From positions 1 through 61,705 of the forward strand of contig JAHLWZ010000099.1 in assembly GCA_020536535.1 (NCBI GenBank): a DNA stretch of 61,705 bases. Reading direction: 5' to 3'. The DNA is from Pelomyxa schiedti. Its lineage: Eukaryota > Protista > Evosea. Shown here in pieces: positions 1 through 13,635 of the stretch. The notes under the pieces are model-generated. The model worked only from the letters and a program-made list of their open reading frames with translations, was not told the DNA's origin and made no database searches. The first letter of the stretch is position 1. Every line of letters starts with the position of its first letter. The translations under genes were made by a program, and so were the position numbers.

Positions 1-878
1 TTTGGAAACTGTTCCTCACTGACTTGGAATTCGGTTTGTACCCACCATAGCCTTCCCTGGTCCCACTAACATGCTGGCAGACACCCGGAATGACCAAGTT
101 TGGAACAGCAGATGATGGCACACTCAATGTTACCCGTTGTAGTTGGCTGCTGATATAGGCAAGTTGTCCTTTAACCCACAGTTCTCCTTCTCATCTACCC
201 TTAGGTCACCTCCTCTGGATGAGGTGGCAAGCACAGGAGAGCCTGTCACCAAGGTAAATCCCCCTCCCTTTGTATCATAACCCCACTCAACCATGATAGG
301 TTGCGTTGGTACCCAGGCTCCCAGCGTTGCACACCACAGCGTATTTCTGTATTTCTGGCACCTTGTGATACTGATATGTGGCCTCTTTTCTCTTTTTCCG
401 CATCTCACATACATTTGTTTTAGGTGGCGGACTTTTCACCTCACACCCACACCGCCCACAGACCCCGCTGCATGCCTGGGGGGGCACAGTTGTCAACCTG
501 CAGGGAGTGCGCGGAGCTGCGCATGCCACCCGTGGTTACATTAAGAGATCAAGTTCTATTTATTTTCTTCTGTTCTTTTCTATGGGAGAAAACCCAAAAA
601 GGTGCCAACAACCAAAAACGGACAGATTTCAGAGAAACTGGCTTTCAAACCCAACACGCTCTGCTGAACTTGAATCGTCAGGCCAATATGTTCTCAGTGT
701 GTTGTGCTCGGGAGAGGACTCGTGCAGGGCTAGCAGCGCCGCACCGAGGGTGGGACGACATCGCAAAGGCAAGGAACTGATTATGGGCCGAGGCCAGTAC
801 CGCCACGGTGAAGGGATTTGGGTTACCGTCGTCGTGAGCGCCCCAGTCTCGCCTCAGTCTTCCGTTTGAAACGCCCAT
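1..878 (-). CDS. Hypothetical spliced protein, 3' end off window, with N-terminal 'HNQFLAFAMSSHPRCGAASPAR' motif
   Basis: ATG at 878. Exons join through GT-AG introns: ...SPAR|SVLGLKASFSEICPFLVVGTFL|ELDLLM|LTTVPPQACSG..KTN|KYRNTLWC..YNG|WDQGRLWW.. No family recognised. Confidence 0.6.
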
Positions 879-975
879 CCGAAATCAGAAAAAAATTACG
901 GAATCCCGATCCATCTCGTTTCTGATCAGAAAAACAATTATCAACAATTAAATAGTCTACTACACTGGTGCACGC

Positions 976-2346
976 ATGGCGTCTTCTTTGTCGATGTCGT
1001 CGTTGTCGCTTTCAGACAGTGAGATCTGCGATGAGTGGTACTGTGACGACATTGTGGCGTGGTGCTTCGCGTTGATAACGCCATTTATGCTGAGCGTTGT
1101 GGTTACGATCGACAAGGTGGCAGTGTCGCGGCACGTGATGACCACTCACTCTTACGTGGTTATGGTTGGATTCGTAGAGCTATCTTGGGGGTATTTTTTT
1201 TCTTTCCCTTTCTGCTTTGCACACTATTGTACATATTTCGTAGAGTTTCTACTGCGAGATTTGGTATTCACAATATATATAGGATTGTGTTTGCTGCTCT
1301 GACGCGGTGGGGGTCAGTTACCGTTGAAGCGATGTCTTTTGTGTGGCCTGCGTTGAGTGGGTTGATGCTAGGTGCCGCGACAATACTTCACGTGTTCGCA
1401 CTGGAGGGATCCGACGTAAGCATGATCGTCGGTTTGGAGTGCCACTCCCACACCCGTCTTTATTTATTTACTTATAATTACATTTATTTGGGGTTTTGTC
1501 TTATTGAACCCAAGGAACACCTCTCCCCTGCTTGTGACCGTTCTTTCTGTACTGATCTTGCATGAGCAAATTTCCGTTTTTGGATATGTGGGCATAGCCA
1601 TTACATGTGTAGGTGCTGTTCTTCTCACAGTTGACCTCCAAGCACTGTTGCTTATCTGTCAAAAGAAGTGTAAACACTGCATACACTCTGGTAATGCGCA
1701 GTATGAGTACTCTACAGTACCATCAAAGGAAGAAACCCCTGATGTGAAGGTCTCAACAAATTCTGAGGAGATCCGGGCCTCCATCTCAGAGGAAAGTGAT
1801 GGTAGTCAGGAACCAATTCCCAGCACAGTTCTACCTGATAATACCCAAGAAAAAGCAGAACCCCCAAAGGAAAAAAAGCCCCACTGCTTCACTGGAGTCT
1901 ATGTTTACCTTGTCATTATACCCCTTGTGTGCACTATCGGGCTTTCCGATTTCTTCGTTAAACTTGGGACTGGCTATCTTCCACCTATGGCCATCACAGC
2001 CATTATGTACATCACCTTTGGGTCAGTTGTGTTCTCTTTTATCCTTGTGCCCAAGGCACGCAAAACCCTCCTGAAGGAGATCAAGGCCAATTGGATTTAC
2101 CCAATCATCAGTGAAACCCTGATGGTGCTAAGCTCCTTTTCTATGACAATGGCAATGATGAGTTTGGCCGCACCAATTGTTTCGGCCACACAAGCCTCCT
2201 CTCCGCTCTTTGTTGTTGTATGGGAGTTTGTACTCCGATTATCTGATGACAAGCGCTCGTTGACTTCATGCCTTGCCTTCAGACTTGTTCCTGTGCTAGT
2301 TGTTGTTTCTGGCGTTACCTTACTTTCACTTGACACACTGTTGTAA
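976..2346 (+). CDS. EamA/DMT-family transporter (two EamA repeats)
   Basis: Three exons (ORFs 976, 1059, 1504). About 10 TM segments with EamA-like motifs 'IDKVAV', 'SPLLVTVLSVLILHEQI..GIAITCVGAVLL' and 'SSPLFVVV..VVSGVTLL'. Confidence 0.85.
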
Positions 2347-2499
2347 GATATCCTCTGTGCCAGATAAACCCCATCTTACTCAACATTACACAACTCCCTA
2401 GCACCACAATAGGTGATAGGGGTAGACATTCATTCAATTGTTTGTTACCAACACCAAAAAGGGGAAAAAAAACAAGATTCTTTTTCCTCACTAATTTGT

Positions 2500-3568
2500 T
2501 TACAAAGTGGCTAAAAATGCCAAAGTGTTGCTTGTGATTTTCTCAGTAGTGTCCTCCTTTGGGACACTGTTGTCGGACATCTCCAAAGTAATGGCTGGGA
2601 TACCATCACAACCACGACTGGCAGTGGCAGCAGCCAAGTGCCTGGAGTGCATTTCCTTTGCGCGCAGGACTTGCAGGCGGGCTTGTGGGATAACCAGCTG
2701 GACAAAGTAGAGGTGCAGCCAAGCGAAGGTGGGGTCGTCGTGGGGGAATGCCAGCTGCGATTGTGCCTTGGCGTGTGTAATGTGGTCAGCAGGAGTGTAG
2801 ATTTCAATCAGCTCGTAGTTCTTGTCGCCGTTGGCATCGGAACCGGTGCCCAGCGGGTCTATTTCGTGAAGCCACCTGTGGAGACAAAACAAAACAAATC
2901 ACATCACATCACATGGAAGCACACACAGACACTCGAGGGTTAGGTTGTGTTGTGTTGTGTTGTGTTGTGCTGGCTTATTTTGTTTAGGTCACGGGGTAGT
3001 AACAAGCAGTGTGAGACATACTGGGCACGAGATAGTCTCCTTTGCCACTGAGCCACTTCGTCAACATTGATGTAGCACACCGCATCCAACAGGCTGTAGC
3101 ACTCTGGTCTCTCCAGCAATATGAAACCATCCACTACTGCCCACTCCTTGTCATCCCCCACTGTAGGCAGTATATCCAAAAATGAGACCCCAAAACATAC
3201 CCCCCCTACAGGCAAATAACCACAGCCACACCAACACCCAAGTCCATACACACACAAGACTTGAGCATCCTGAGCGCAGCCAAGAAAGCGGGCCAGTCCA
3301 GGGACGACTCGTGGTCCCACAGAAACCACTCGACGCACTGCGGGTACTCGGGCGACGGCTGCGCAGTGCCCCGGCCCCCGCGCACCCTCGCGTGGTCGAA
3401 GAACGTGTCCTGGCGCAGCACCCCGTCCGCCCCGACGCCCGGCACCCCGCCGACCGCCTGCGACGCCCGCGCCCTCGTCGCCGCGCTGGTCAGCGCCGCC
3501 GCCAGCCGCGTGGATACCGTGGACTTGCCAGAGCACGTGGGCCCGCACACCCCAACAAGCCGAACCAT
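2500..3568 (-). CDS. P-loop nucleoside kinase, nicotinamide riboside kinase/uridine kinase-like
   Basis: 'LVGVCGPTCSGKST' P-loop, 'QDTFF', 'WDHESSLDW', 'VVDGFILL' and the 'QRRLSR' lid; three exons joined by GT-AG introns. Confidence 0.8.
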
Positions 3569-4055
3569 TCCGGGAACCGTTGCTTATGGGAAATGATTAA
3601 GATGGACGCCCTGTACTGTTAGAACTTTAGAACTCACAGTACGGAACCGTAGGTGCAACACCAAAGTAAAGGTCATCTGAGGCAAAAAGCACACAGACTG
3701 GGTGTGGTCGTTGCGGAAGGAAAAAGAGGAGTTGGTTACGCACTACGTCGGGGAATGCGGGTCACATTACACACGCCTTCATCCCTACATTACTCTGACG
3801 GAAGCCAACATCGAGTCTGGTCCCAGAACATGGGCTCACCACTCCCATGTGTTTGACTCTGGTAGTGGGGAATCCTACTGCTTGCCCCCTGTCGGAATGG
3901 TTTGGTGCAGAGGCAGTGGTGGGAAATGCTCCAGCAACAAGGCCTCACGGAGCCCGGATTTCTTTTTCTGTACCAAAGCTGCAGTGTGAGTCCCAAAGAT
4001 AGAAGTTCCTCGTTGTTTGTTTACAATAATTAGAGTGAGTGGGAAGGGATGGAGG

Positions 4056-7000
4056 TTAGGTTCTGGTTTGGGATTTTCGGGTGTTGTTTACTGGTGGTGG
4101 GGGTTGGAGTTTATTCAGTGTCTCCTCCAGGTTTGTTCGCAATGTCCTCCACTGAGAGAGGTGTTTCTTGATTGCCGGTGTAAAGGCCTCCCGTAGTACC
4201 GCAGAAGCTGCAGAATCGGAGGCAGTGAGTGCCCCTTGTGCTCTGGAGGTGGTTCTGGTTGTGGTGGTTGCAGGGTTTGGTGACCTGGAAGTGTCAAGTG
4301 AGGATTTCCGCTGAGGTTTGGGTGATGACTGACATGCGGTGGCCTGAGGAGCATCAACCCTAAATTCTGTAAGAAGGAAACGTGCAGGGCAACCAGTTGC
4401 ATACCTTCTCCTCTTTGGTGGCAGGCCATTGAGTGGATAAGATATGCTCTTTTCCGTGCTTTGAGGGGGCAAGTGTTCCCCGTCCATGTTAATTTGGGAG
4501 GGTGGAGGTTCTGGCTTGGAAGGGGGCGGTGTGTCGGGCTGTATATTTGTGCAGTTGAATGACGGTTGCCAATCGAGTGCTGGTGGTATTGTGCTCATTT
4601 TTGCCTCACAGACAGAAGCCAGTACGGTGCGGTATTTTTTAATGGTGCTATTTGTGATATGTGACGATGTGTGAAAAACTGGAGCCACGCCTCGAAGCTT
4701 TCCCAGGCAACCCCATGCAAGAGTGGCAATCACGGGTTCCCATGGAAATTTAAGCTCACCTATAAAAAGTTGATTACAACAAACGATGCAGTAAAGGACG
4801 GCTCACCATTTTTAGAAGATAAAACATCAAATATCCTTGAAACCTGTGACTGGGGAAGCTTTAATTCCCTTTCTGCATAGCACAACGCACACTGTCGCAC
4901 AAGAGAGTACACATCAGAACTGCTCCTTAAGTCGGCCACTTTTCCAGGTTAGTAATAGGTAAACCTTTGGAGGTATACCGCCAACTCTCTCATCTCCAAT
5001 GGTTGCGTTGAGATCATCGTCACTTACAGCCAGTGAGAGGGTGAAGTCTGGCATATAACAGGTATCCTTTAAGAATGAGGTCATGCCGTTCACTTTTTGA
5101 GTAGAATTCCAATCAACAGGCGGAAGTAAAACACTATCTTGAGCACAACCATAAGTAGGGTTGAGAAAACAGCGGTGTTGCACCTTTGCAAAATTGACGT
5201 GGGGGCCAGGAGATCTTTGTTAGTTCCTGCAACTCCGAGGATATCTGATCGAGGAGACTATTGTATAGAGTGATGTACAGCATTGGGTGTTCAAATTGTG
5301 ACCCAGCTATCCCCCAAAGAATTGGAAGCCGCGAATTTACAAACTCTTGGATGATATTAGCTCCTTCACAACCTTTTCACTAGTCACACCGTAGAGATTA
5401 ACCTCCGTCAGAGTTGGCATGGGTGGAGTGAAATCAGCAAGCCACTCCATTCCTTCAGTGAGGATTTGGTTCTTGTCCTCCATTTCTTGTGGTAAGCACA
5501 GAGGTTGGCATTCAATAACGTCAGTGGCGGCAGTGAAGCCGAGTCGCTCCAAAATATGAAGTGACTCCGTGTTGCAGGGATGTCCGGGGTATGCCACAAG
5601 AACTGGAAGAGGGGAACACGACATGGAGCCCTTGGAATTTCGGAGATATTGTAGGAACGGTTCAAAGCTGTCCTTTAGGTGCTGAAAACTGTACAAAGCT
5701 TTTGTCTGTGATGAATGGAAGTTGGCTCTGATTACCTCAGCACGCTTAGATCTGGAAGTGCAAGGATGCACGCGGAAGTTCCTTTTAGCTCTTGTGATAA
5801 CTAACACCATGTCAGAAACGAGTAGAGTGGGTGACCTCACAATTTCATCAGTGAGAGAGTCAGCGCGAAGGTGAGCGACGCATACTCTCACAGAAGGAAG
5901 ATTCACGTTGATTGGGTCTGCTCTCTGGAATGGGGGTGTCAACCTTTGGATATTGAGTTACAACAGCTTCGAATGGAAGGGAATAAACTGTATCACTTCC
6001 GCTCCATCCACCATATTGCGTTGAGGTTCTAACTGCAAACTTTGTATCTACATGGAAATTGGTCAGATGCAGAGGGAAGGAAGAAAAAAACCAGATATGA
6101 ACAATCCTCAACAGAAATAACAAGGACCTAGAAAGAAACAAGTCAAGTAACGAAATGAAAGTGCAGTAAAAACCTTCCAGTATATAACATGGGCACGAGG
6201 ATTGGACTGGATGAGAGTGTTCCGAACCGCAGAAGCAACATCCACTATCTCAATCTTTGGAAGATTCATTAACGTGAATAGAATACAACATCATACAGGA
6301 TAGAGGCACTGATCCAATTCAGTGTCACACCTACTGACAAGTTAACGGTCATCGCGAGTGTGGCTGGGTACTTTATGAGAGACATGTGCAATATTGAAGT
6401 TTTGGAGAAATCTTTCTTTCTGTAGATCGGTTGTGTGAAGGTACTGTCTGCCACAGCTTGAGGTTGTTGCTCCAAATCTTTTGCGGTGCTGGGTTTTTCA
6501 GTGATAGAGGGATCAGTGACTTCATCATTAATGGTAGTATCAGTGGGTCCATTAGTGTACAAGGTTGGAGGATTTTGAGGAGGAGAGTCAATGGTTGCTA
6601 TGAGCGCCTCAGTGGGCTCGGGCATTGTATCGGCAGTGGAGATATCAGGGGGTACACACAGTTCCATTGCGTAATTAGGTGATGGGCTTTGTGCTGGCGA
6701 TTCTAAAATGGGGCTATCTTCAATTGGTGGTGTGGGAGAGCTCACAACACTTGAACTTGAAGAACACTCATCAAGTGTCTCAGGCAGGGTGGTGTCGAGC
6801 TTTGAAGGTGTTGTGTCCAATATTGGAGAGGATACGGGAAAATCTTGTTTGGCTGGTGCCAAATAGGCAGATGTTTCTAAAGGTTGGATAGATTTTGGTA
6901 CTGGAAAGATGGGAGTGGGTGAGAAAACAGATAACTGTGAGGGAATCAAGGATGGTGCATAGTTGACTTTTGGTGGTTGTGGGATTTGAATTGTTGCGGG

Positions 7001-10000
7001 TTTCGTAAATTCTTGGAGTATTGAGTCTTCTTGGGGGACTTGCTTTTTGGTTTTTGAGGGGAGGGTTGGTAACACAGTTTTTGGGGAAAAAGAGGTTTCT
7101 GCAGAGACTCTTGGGAGAACTGTTCTCTGACTTGGAATCAGTATTTGTGAACTAACCTTTTTGTGTTAGTAACTCAAATGCCTCAGATTTGGTTAGAATC
7201 TATACCCCAGGAGTTCGAATTATGGTGCTGAGTGGTCTATTACCAATTTTCTGTTCTAAGCCAAGTGAAACACAAGGATCTACCTTCTCAGGCTCTAATG
7301 AGTGGGAAAAAAACTCATTTACTTGGCACAATACAGGGTAGAACTCGTACCTTGTAGAGGACCTGAAAAAAATATTTCACCCCGTTGTATCTTTAGGGAT
7401 TGGAAGTTGGAACAGAAAGCAGCTGTCTGCTCATCATTGTCAAACCACAATACATCCGTCAGATTCGACAAGGGGTATTGACGACTCTTTTTGCTATGTC
7501 AGAAGTTTTTGAAGACAATTACAGTAGACCTTGCCAGAATTGATTTGAGACAAAACTTTGAGTGCAGAAGTTCTGACAGAAGTAAAGTGGAAGTGCATGC
7601 AACAGGATACCAAGTAGGAAGGGTGTCTCTTAGCTAGGCGAAAGAACGCAACCCAGTCAGGGTATTTGATGGTGTGAACAACCTGGTTATATGCTAAGAA
7701 TTGCACTCTTTTCTTTGTTTGTTTGGTGTTTCTTCCTTTTCATACCTGAGTTGCGAATATCAACTCTGGGAGGTCATAACGGTCAAGATCCCATCTCACC
7801 AAATCGAAAACTTGACCAGAGAGAAGAGATAGATATAATCTTGGAATTTTTAATAATGGAGAACTTATATTTCATGACATACATGAACTCAACTTTATTT
7901 GGGCACTCAATGCCGTCTGTTTTTAGATATTTGTCTTTTTTGTATAAGGAACGGGAAGATATTAAAGAGGGATAACAAACAGGCTTCACTGAGACTATCA
8001 AAACTGCCCAGCATTTGCTTATAGTTATCATGCTGAGGATAATGAGGATCAGCGCAAAGTCTGTGCTGTGCCACAATCACTGACATATGATGCGGTTACT
8101 GAGCATGAAATTTGTGTAAATATGTACATACTAAAGCGTATTGCAGATTCAAGGATGTAAACATAGTCAGTATTGTAGCACTGCTGCGTTGAGGCATCAG
8201 TCTTGATGGATCTGACACGATCAATGACAAAGTTTGCCACCTTTTCAGTATTAATGGAAGCAATGTTTCTTTGCGGGTAGAAACATGAAGGAATGACACC
8301 GACTCGTCAGAAATGTCAACAATATTGTTTACAAGATGGTCCATAGTCATCTTAGAGGGAGGAAATGTGGTGAATAATAGGCGCCGTGTACTCAAGCACA
8401 GTATATTTTGAAAGTGTCTGAAAACACCGCTTAAAGTACTCTCTAACTGCCTACTAGCTTATTGCTTACTTGAAGTTGGCACTCACCTTTAAAACATGGA
8501 TAGGCCTTATCTCCCAAGGGACAGTCACTGTAATTTCTCCAGGTGAACTATTTTTGTGCCGTTTAACTTCCCAGCCTGGTTTCTATCGAGCAAAATAGTA
8601 AATAAATATCCTGTTAGAGTTTCAAAGGAATACAATTTTTTCAAGGTCATCAAGGTCACTGCTAAACTTTCTCTCTAATGCCTCCAAACGAGGGCACATA
8701 GTTGGACAAAAACCAACAACAAAACTTTCAGTATAATCCTTCTACAGTTGTAAAGGTTAGGAGTGAGGAATAAAAATAAAACAAAAAACCACATAAAGAC
8801 AACCTGGGGGCCAGCTTTAGAAAACTCTTGGTATTGTTCCCGACACTGGTTAGCATATGTCGCCAGATTAACTAATACATCACCGCCACCGTTGGCGATT
8901 CTTGTAGCGTTGCGCTCTATTTCTTCCAATATTTGTTCAGGTGACATTCCCTCATAATGCGGTTTTGATTTGCTCGATTTTGAAGTTGTATTACTGATAT
9001 TTGTCAGAGAAGTGGAGTTGGGGGTATTTCGGCTGGCACCCACAGGCAAAGATTGGTTTAACCAAATATCTTTTTTGTGTTGGAATAAGGATGACCAAGA
9101 AATACAGTACTATTTTGATTCCATAATCCCATCATTCCACCCGTTGTTTGTGGTGCTGTGGCATTCTGCTGTGTTGATTTAGCTCCAAGGAGGTCTTCTG
9201 CATGGCTCTCTGTGAGCGTGTCTGGAGTCTGTCCAACATGGGAGAGTTTTTGGCTCCATTTTTGGGCAGTTGGTTTCTTGATCAGACTTTTTTTTGGTTG
9301 CAGTGGCTTATCCAGAAGGGAGTCGATTTCCGGGGGTCGCTTGCTCAAAAGTTTCTTTCTCAAGTTGCTTTCGCGAGTAGTCTCCACATTGGTACTGGTA
9401 GTTGACGTCCCCTGTTTGGGTTCGTTTCCATTCTCGGAAGGCGTCTCTTCTGCCCCTGTCAAATCCACAACAGGCGACTCAGTTCCCAGTTGTTTATGCA
9501 ATCTTCCTCTCGCTCCGCCACCTTCTGGAATTCTCAGACCAGAAGAAGTAGTACCAAACGAAAGTGCACCACGGCCTAAGCCACGGCCCCTACCACCACG
9601 AGCGCCTCCGCGGCCGGCGGCGGCGGCCCCACCCCTCCCATAATTGCTCCCCACCGCCTCGGCATCGTCGCCTCCCCGCTCCGCCTCGTCGTCCCCGCCG
9701 CTCAGTACTCCCGTCCCGTCGCTGGACCCATAATCCGGCTTGCCGCCCTCGTCGCCCGCGTCGTCGTCTTCATCCCCATCGCCGCCTGGTTCCTCGTCGC
9801 CACTTGTGCCAGGTCCCGGATACGGCGGCGACTGAGCGCCAAAGGGGTCCTCGTCGCCCGGATCGGCGCCGATTTCTGACAACTTGGCGGGGCTGCGGCG
9901 GGATTCCTTTTGTTGTTGCCGCAGCTGGCGCATCAGCGGGTGCTGCTTCGAAAATGCCATCTGCCGCGGGCGCGTTTCTATCTTTTTTTCGTGCAGTTGC

Positions 10001-10173
10001 GCCGGGAACTGAGGCTGTTGGAATGGCTGCTTCCCCGTGCGGTTTCGCAGTCGCTTTTGCGGAGACAACGGGGAGGCAGGTGCAGGAGTAGGAGTGGCAT
10101 GTGGTTGCGGTTGCGGCTGCAGCTGCGAGCCAAAGATGATATCGGCTTGCGGTGCGGCACCAAACACCGACAT
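4056..10173 (-). CDS. SAC3: SAC3/GANP family mRNA export scaffold (TREX-2), GANP-like
   Basis: Spliced exons give 'EIRPIHVLK', 'TMDHL', 'FVIDRVRSIKTD', 'ESAIRFMIVAQHRLC', 'SYLVSCCMHFHFTSVRTSALK', a PCI-like 'YPLSNLTDVLWFDN', and a GANP C-terminal-like 'IVDVASAV..HVIYWK'. The first exon is low complexity. Confidence 0.85.
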
Positions 10174-10223
10174 TTTTGATTTAGATCTGATACTCCTTGG
10201 CAGCTAATGATAGCAAACTAACA

Positions 10224-11305
10224 ATGCCAGGGAGCATGGAGGTAGCTTCTCTAGGCGCAGTGATGCTAATAGGAGTGCCGACATTCCTGCGATAACTCCA
10301 TCTGAATCTCTTATCTGATACTGCCTGATTTCGCCAGAATACGAAGGTCTCCGAGACGATGGGGTGTCGGGCAGCGTGGCTTTGGGGCGTGGCGGCGGCC
10401 ATTGGCATTCCCATAATTACGTGGTGCGTGCTCAACGCTGCCATGGCAGGCACGTGCTGGTGCGTGCTGGCGTGGTCGTCGGGCGCTGCGTCGGCCCTGG
10501 GCGCGTGCGTGGGCATGTCCTTCGACCTCGAGCCCTTGTTTTCGCTGTGGGTCACGGCCGCAATGACAGCTGCTAGGCGGACATGGGGTTCCAAGAAACG
10601 CCAAGGGGTAAATTGGATGATGTGCTGCTCTGTTATTAGTGTTATTAGAGTGTATTATGAATGATATTTATATTGGTGAAAAAACCATTAACGGTTGTTA
10701 CGCGGAATAACTGACTGTGGGGTTGCTGGAAGGAAGCTATTATTAATGCTGTGGGATGCGGGTTGGCTGCATGCCTTGGTTCCTGGACTATTCTCTCACG
10801 TGCATTCCCCACCGCTGGAGCAGCAATCGCAACATCACTAAGCAGTCTCACCGCGGATCCAACCCCCGCCGCAGCCGCAGCCGCAACCAGTGGATTGGTG
10901 CCCTCTATTTACCCCTACTACGCAAGGCTCACCCTCACCGATCAAGAGCACCTGACCACAGACTACCTCATATTCTCAGTCGGACTTGCCCTGCACCTCC
11001 TGCTGCACTGCATAGGAGCGATGACCCAGACCCGAACAAGCAAGACCGCGTTCCTCAAGTCCACGTCCACCGAGCTTGCCATCAGCGGCGAGGGCAAATG
11101 GGGCCGCGTGGGCCTCACCGTGCACTCTGCAGTCTTCCTGTGTGAGATAGCACTTGGCCTGCGCCACCAGTTTGGACAAGCCCTGCCGCAGCTGGCCATG
11201 GTGGCTTTGGTTTGCTTCCACAGCGCCGCGTCGATTTTCTACATGACAAAGGCAGTGTATTTCGTGCTCTGGCAGTGCCAGCCCACTTCACTCCATGAAG
11301 TCTGA
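10224..11305 (+). CDS. Multi-pass membrane protein of unknown function
   Basis: Three exons join in frame (MPGSMEVASLGAVMLIG|NTKVSETMGC..KRQG|EAIINAVGC..HEV*) with several hydrophobic segments. Confidence 0.6.
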
Positions 11306-11514
11306 GGAGGGTTCATCTTTGCATCACACATGACACAGTTCTTACAGAATTTCTGGGTGCCACTTTGCTTCACCCAACTGAACCAACCAAAAAAAATACC
11401 AATGCAACAATTACCACAACCCCAAACTGCCGAAACGCAGGGCATTTAATTACACGAGATGTCACTCAAACGCATTTCTCCCAATTCATTTTTCTGGAAA
11501 TAATTCTTTTGGGA

Positions 11515-13542
11515 ATGGCTGTACGTGGATCTACGGTCGTGGCGGCTGTGCTACTTGTGATGGTGACGTGTGCGCGGTGCGACCCGACGCGAAATCTGGG
11601 TCAGAACTACAGTTCGGTGCAGGAAATTGTGGACGCGTGTTATGCGTACTTGCAAAGTCACGAACTGACAGGCACAAAGTACGTTGCCAATACCGTACAA
11701 GTTGTGCCGTTGTTCCACGTGCACTCACGTGGATCAAAAAACAGGTGGGGATACAATTATCAGTTCTACAAACCTGCCAATGACAAATACGGTTCTTTCT
11801 CTCAAGAAATTCGCTGGGGCTAATTTTCTTTAGGACCCAACCAGTGGTTGTGGGACAGTGGAAGCCACATGATTGTTAGTTTTACAAACCAGTTTGTTCT
11901 TCGTCTCATGAATCACCATAGGTGTGGACACACCGCAATGTGAGTAATTCCATAGCAGATATACGCACAATGCTGCAAATGCAACAGCCTGATGGGCGCA
12001 TTCCTGAAATAATTTTCTGGGGTCCACAGGTTTTCCTACTAATTTTAAAAATAAACTAATAATATGTCCAAGACTCCTACAGAAGAACTGGAAAACAAAT
12101 TCTTCTGGAGTACTGACCAGTATGTAGACTTGACTCAGATGCCTCTGCTCCCTTACTCTGTCCGTGCCATATTCTCAGTCACCAATGATATTTCTTTACT
12201 AGAAGAGCTTGTTCCGCCTCTTGTCAAGTACTATCAGTGGTGGGCGGGTATGAAAAGAAGCCTTTCAATATTTTTTCACTGTGTAAAGAAACCCGTGACG
12301 TTGATGGAAATTTGATTGTATCAATCATTCATTCATGGGAAAGTGGCATGGATGCAAGCCCAGCGTAGCTTGCCTTTGTTTCACACATCTTATCACCTCA
12401 CATTACAAGGTAGATATGACCCTGCCTACCATGTTACTGTACCCAATCCACCTTTCTTTGAGTTGTACCCAAAGTTTGAAGAACTCATTATCGATTATAA
12501 GTACCATCAACACCTTTCCACTTTTTATTCTAATGCATCTACAGATTCCGTTACAACTGGAATCAAACAGAAATCCTTGGCAGGACAAAAGAACCCTTTG
12601 AACTCATTGATGGCTACTTCATTGTACAGGTGCTCACATCTTTGTTATGCACTCCAAGAGTAATCTCTTCCAGGATGTCGGACTGAATAGTGTGTAAGTA
12701 TGTAATCCCTCTTTCCCCGCCTACAACGGTACGCAGCTATGCTTCTGGCTGGGGTGTACTTGCTGACTTGGCTGCTTATTTTGATCAAGACTTATCTCAG
12801 TTTTGCCGTGACTACCAATCTCGAGTATGTTTGTGTGATCGTGCTTCTGTAACTTTTTTGTAATAATAGGTCGAAGCTGCTGTTATAAGCCAGTTCTGGG
12901 ATGAGGACTTGGGTATTTTTATATCAACATATAAAGACAAGGATGGAAATACTGCAAAATCCACTGCCGAAGTGGCCCAGAGCTTATTCCCTCTCCTCCT
13001 TCAGTCACTTCCCAAGGAACTTCAGGTATCAACACTAAACACAAATGACCCACCCTAATTTAAAAAAAGGATAGCATTGTCTATAACCAAGTAATGAATG
13101 AGAATAAATTTAATCTGGCGTACCCAATACCCTCCGTTTCTGCGTCTGCGGCACAGTTTCAACCAATTTTTACCACTGATCTCATGTGGCGTGGGTAAGG
13201 CAGTTTTGTATCCCACACATTTTAACATGTTCTAGTCCCACATGGCCGATTCTTACTTGGTTTGTCATGGAAGGCTTACAGAGGCACGGGTTGGTGCCCT
13301 CCGTTGCACTTCTTGTATCTAATTGCACTCAAGGTACAATTCCGAAATGACCACAATTATGGACAAGTGGGTAAATCTGTATGAACTCTCTGGTGTGTAT
13401 GAACAATACAATCCCCTTAGTGGCGACGGATACGGTTTGTATCTTTTTCTACCTTCAATCTCTCACCAAAAACTTAGGACCTGAGGGACTTGGGATGAGT
13501 ACACTTATTGTGGATTGGATTTATCGTTTGGGGTATCTATAA
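11515..13542 (+). CDS. Secreted (alpha/alpha)6-barrel glycoside hydrolase, GH63/MGH1-like (trehalase-like clan)
   Basis: Signal peptide; motifs 'NQWLWDS', 'DGRIPE', 'TQMP', 'IHSWESGMDASP', 'WRGPTW', 'EQYNPLSG'; about 15 exons joined by GT-AG introns. Confidence 0.85.
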
Positions 13543-13635
13543 ACTGCTCAAGTTGTAAAACCAAAAGCAAATCCCGCTTGTGTTTGAAGTTTATGCATAA
13601 ATTAACAAAAAAAAAACTGGGATAAAGCTACAAAA

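Noticed and set aside
410-720. TGA recoding (Trp/Sec), suggested by repeated in-frame TGAs after ORF 678-878
   Set aside because: GT-AG splicing gives an open frame without recoding, and TGA, TAA and TAG all terminate well-defined genes here.
2944-2970. (TTGTG)n tract and several poly-A/T runs (e.g. 19769-19798, 25126-25159)
   Set aside because: Ordinary intronic microsatellites and homopolymers.
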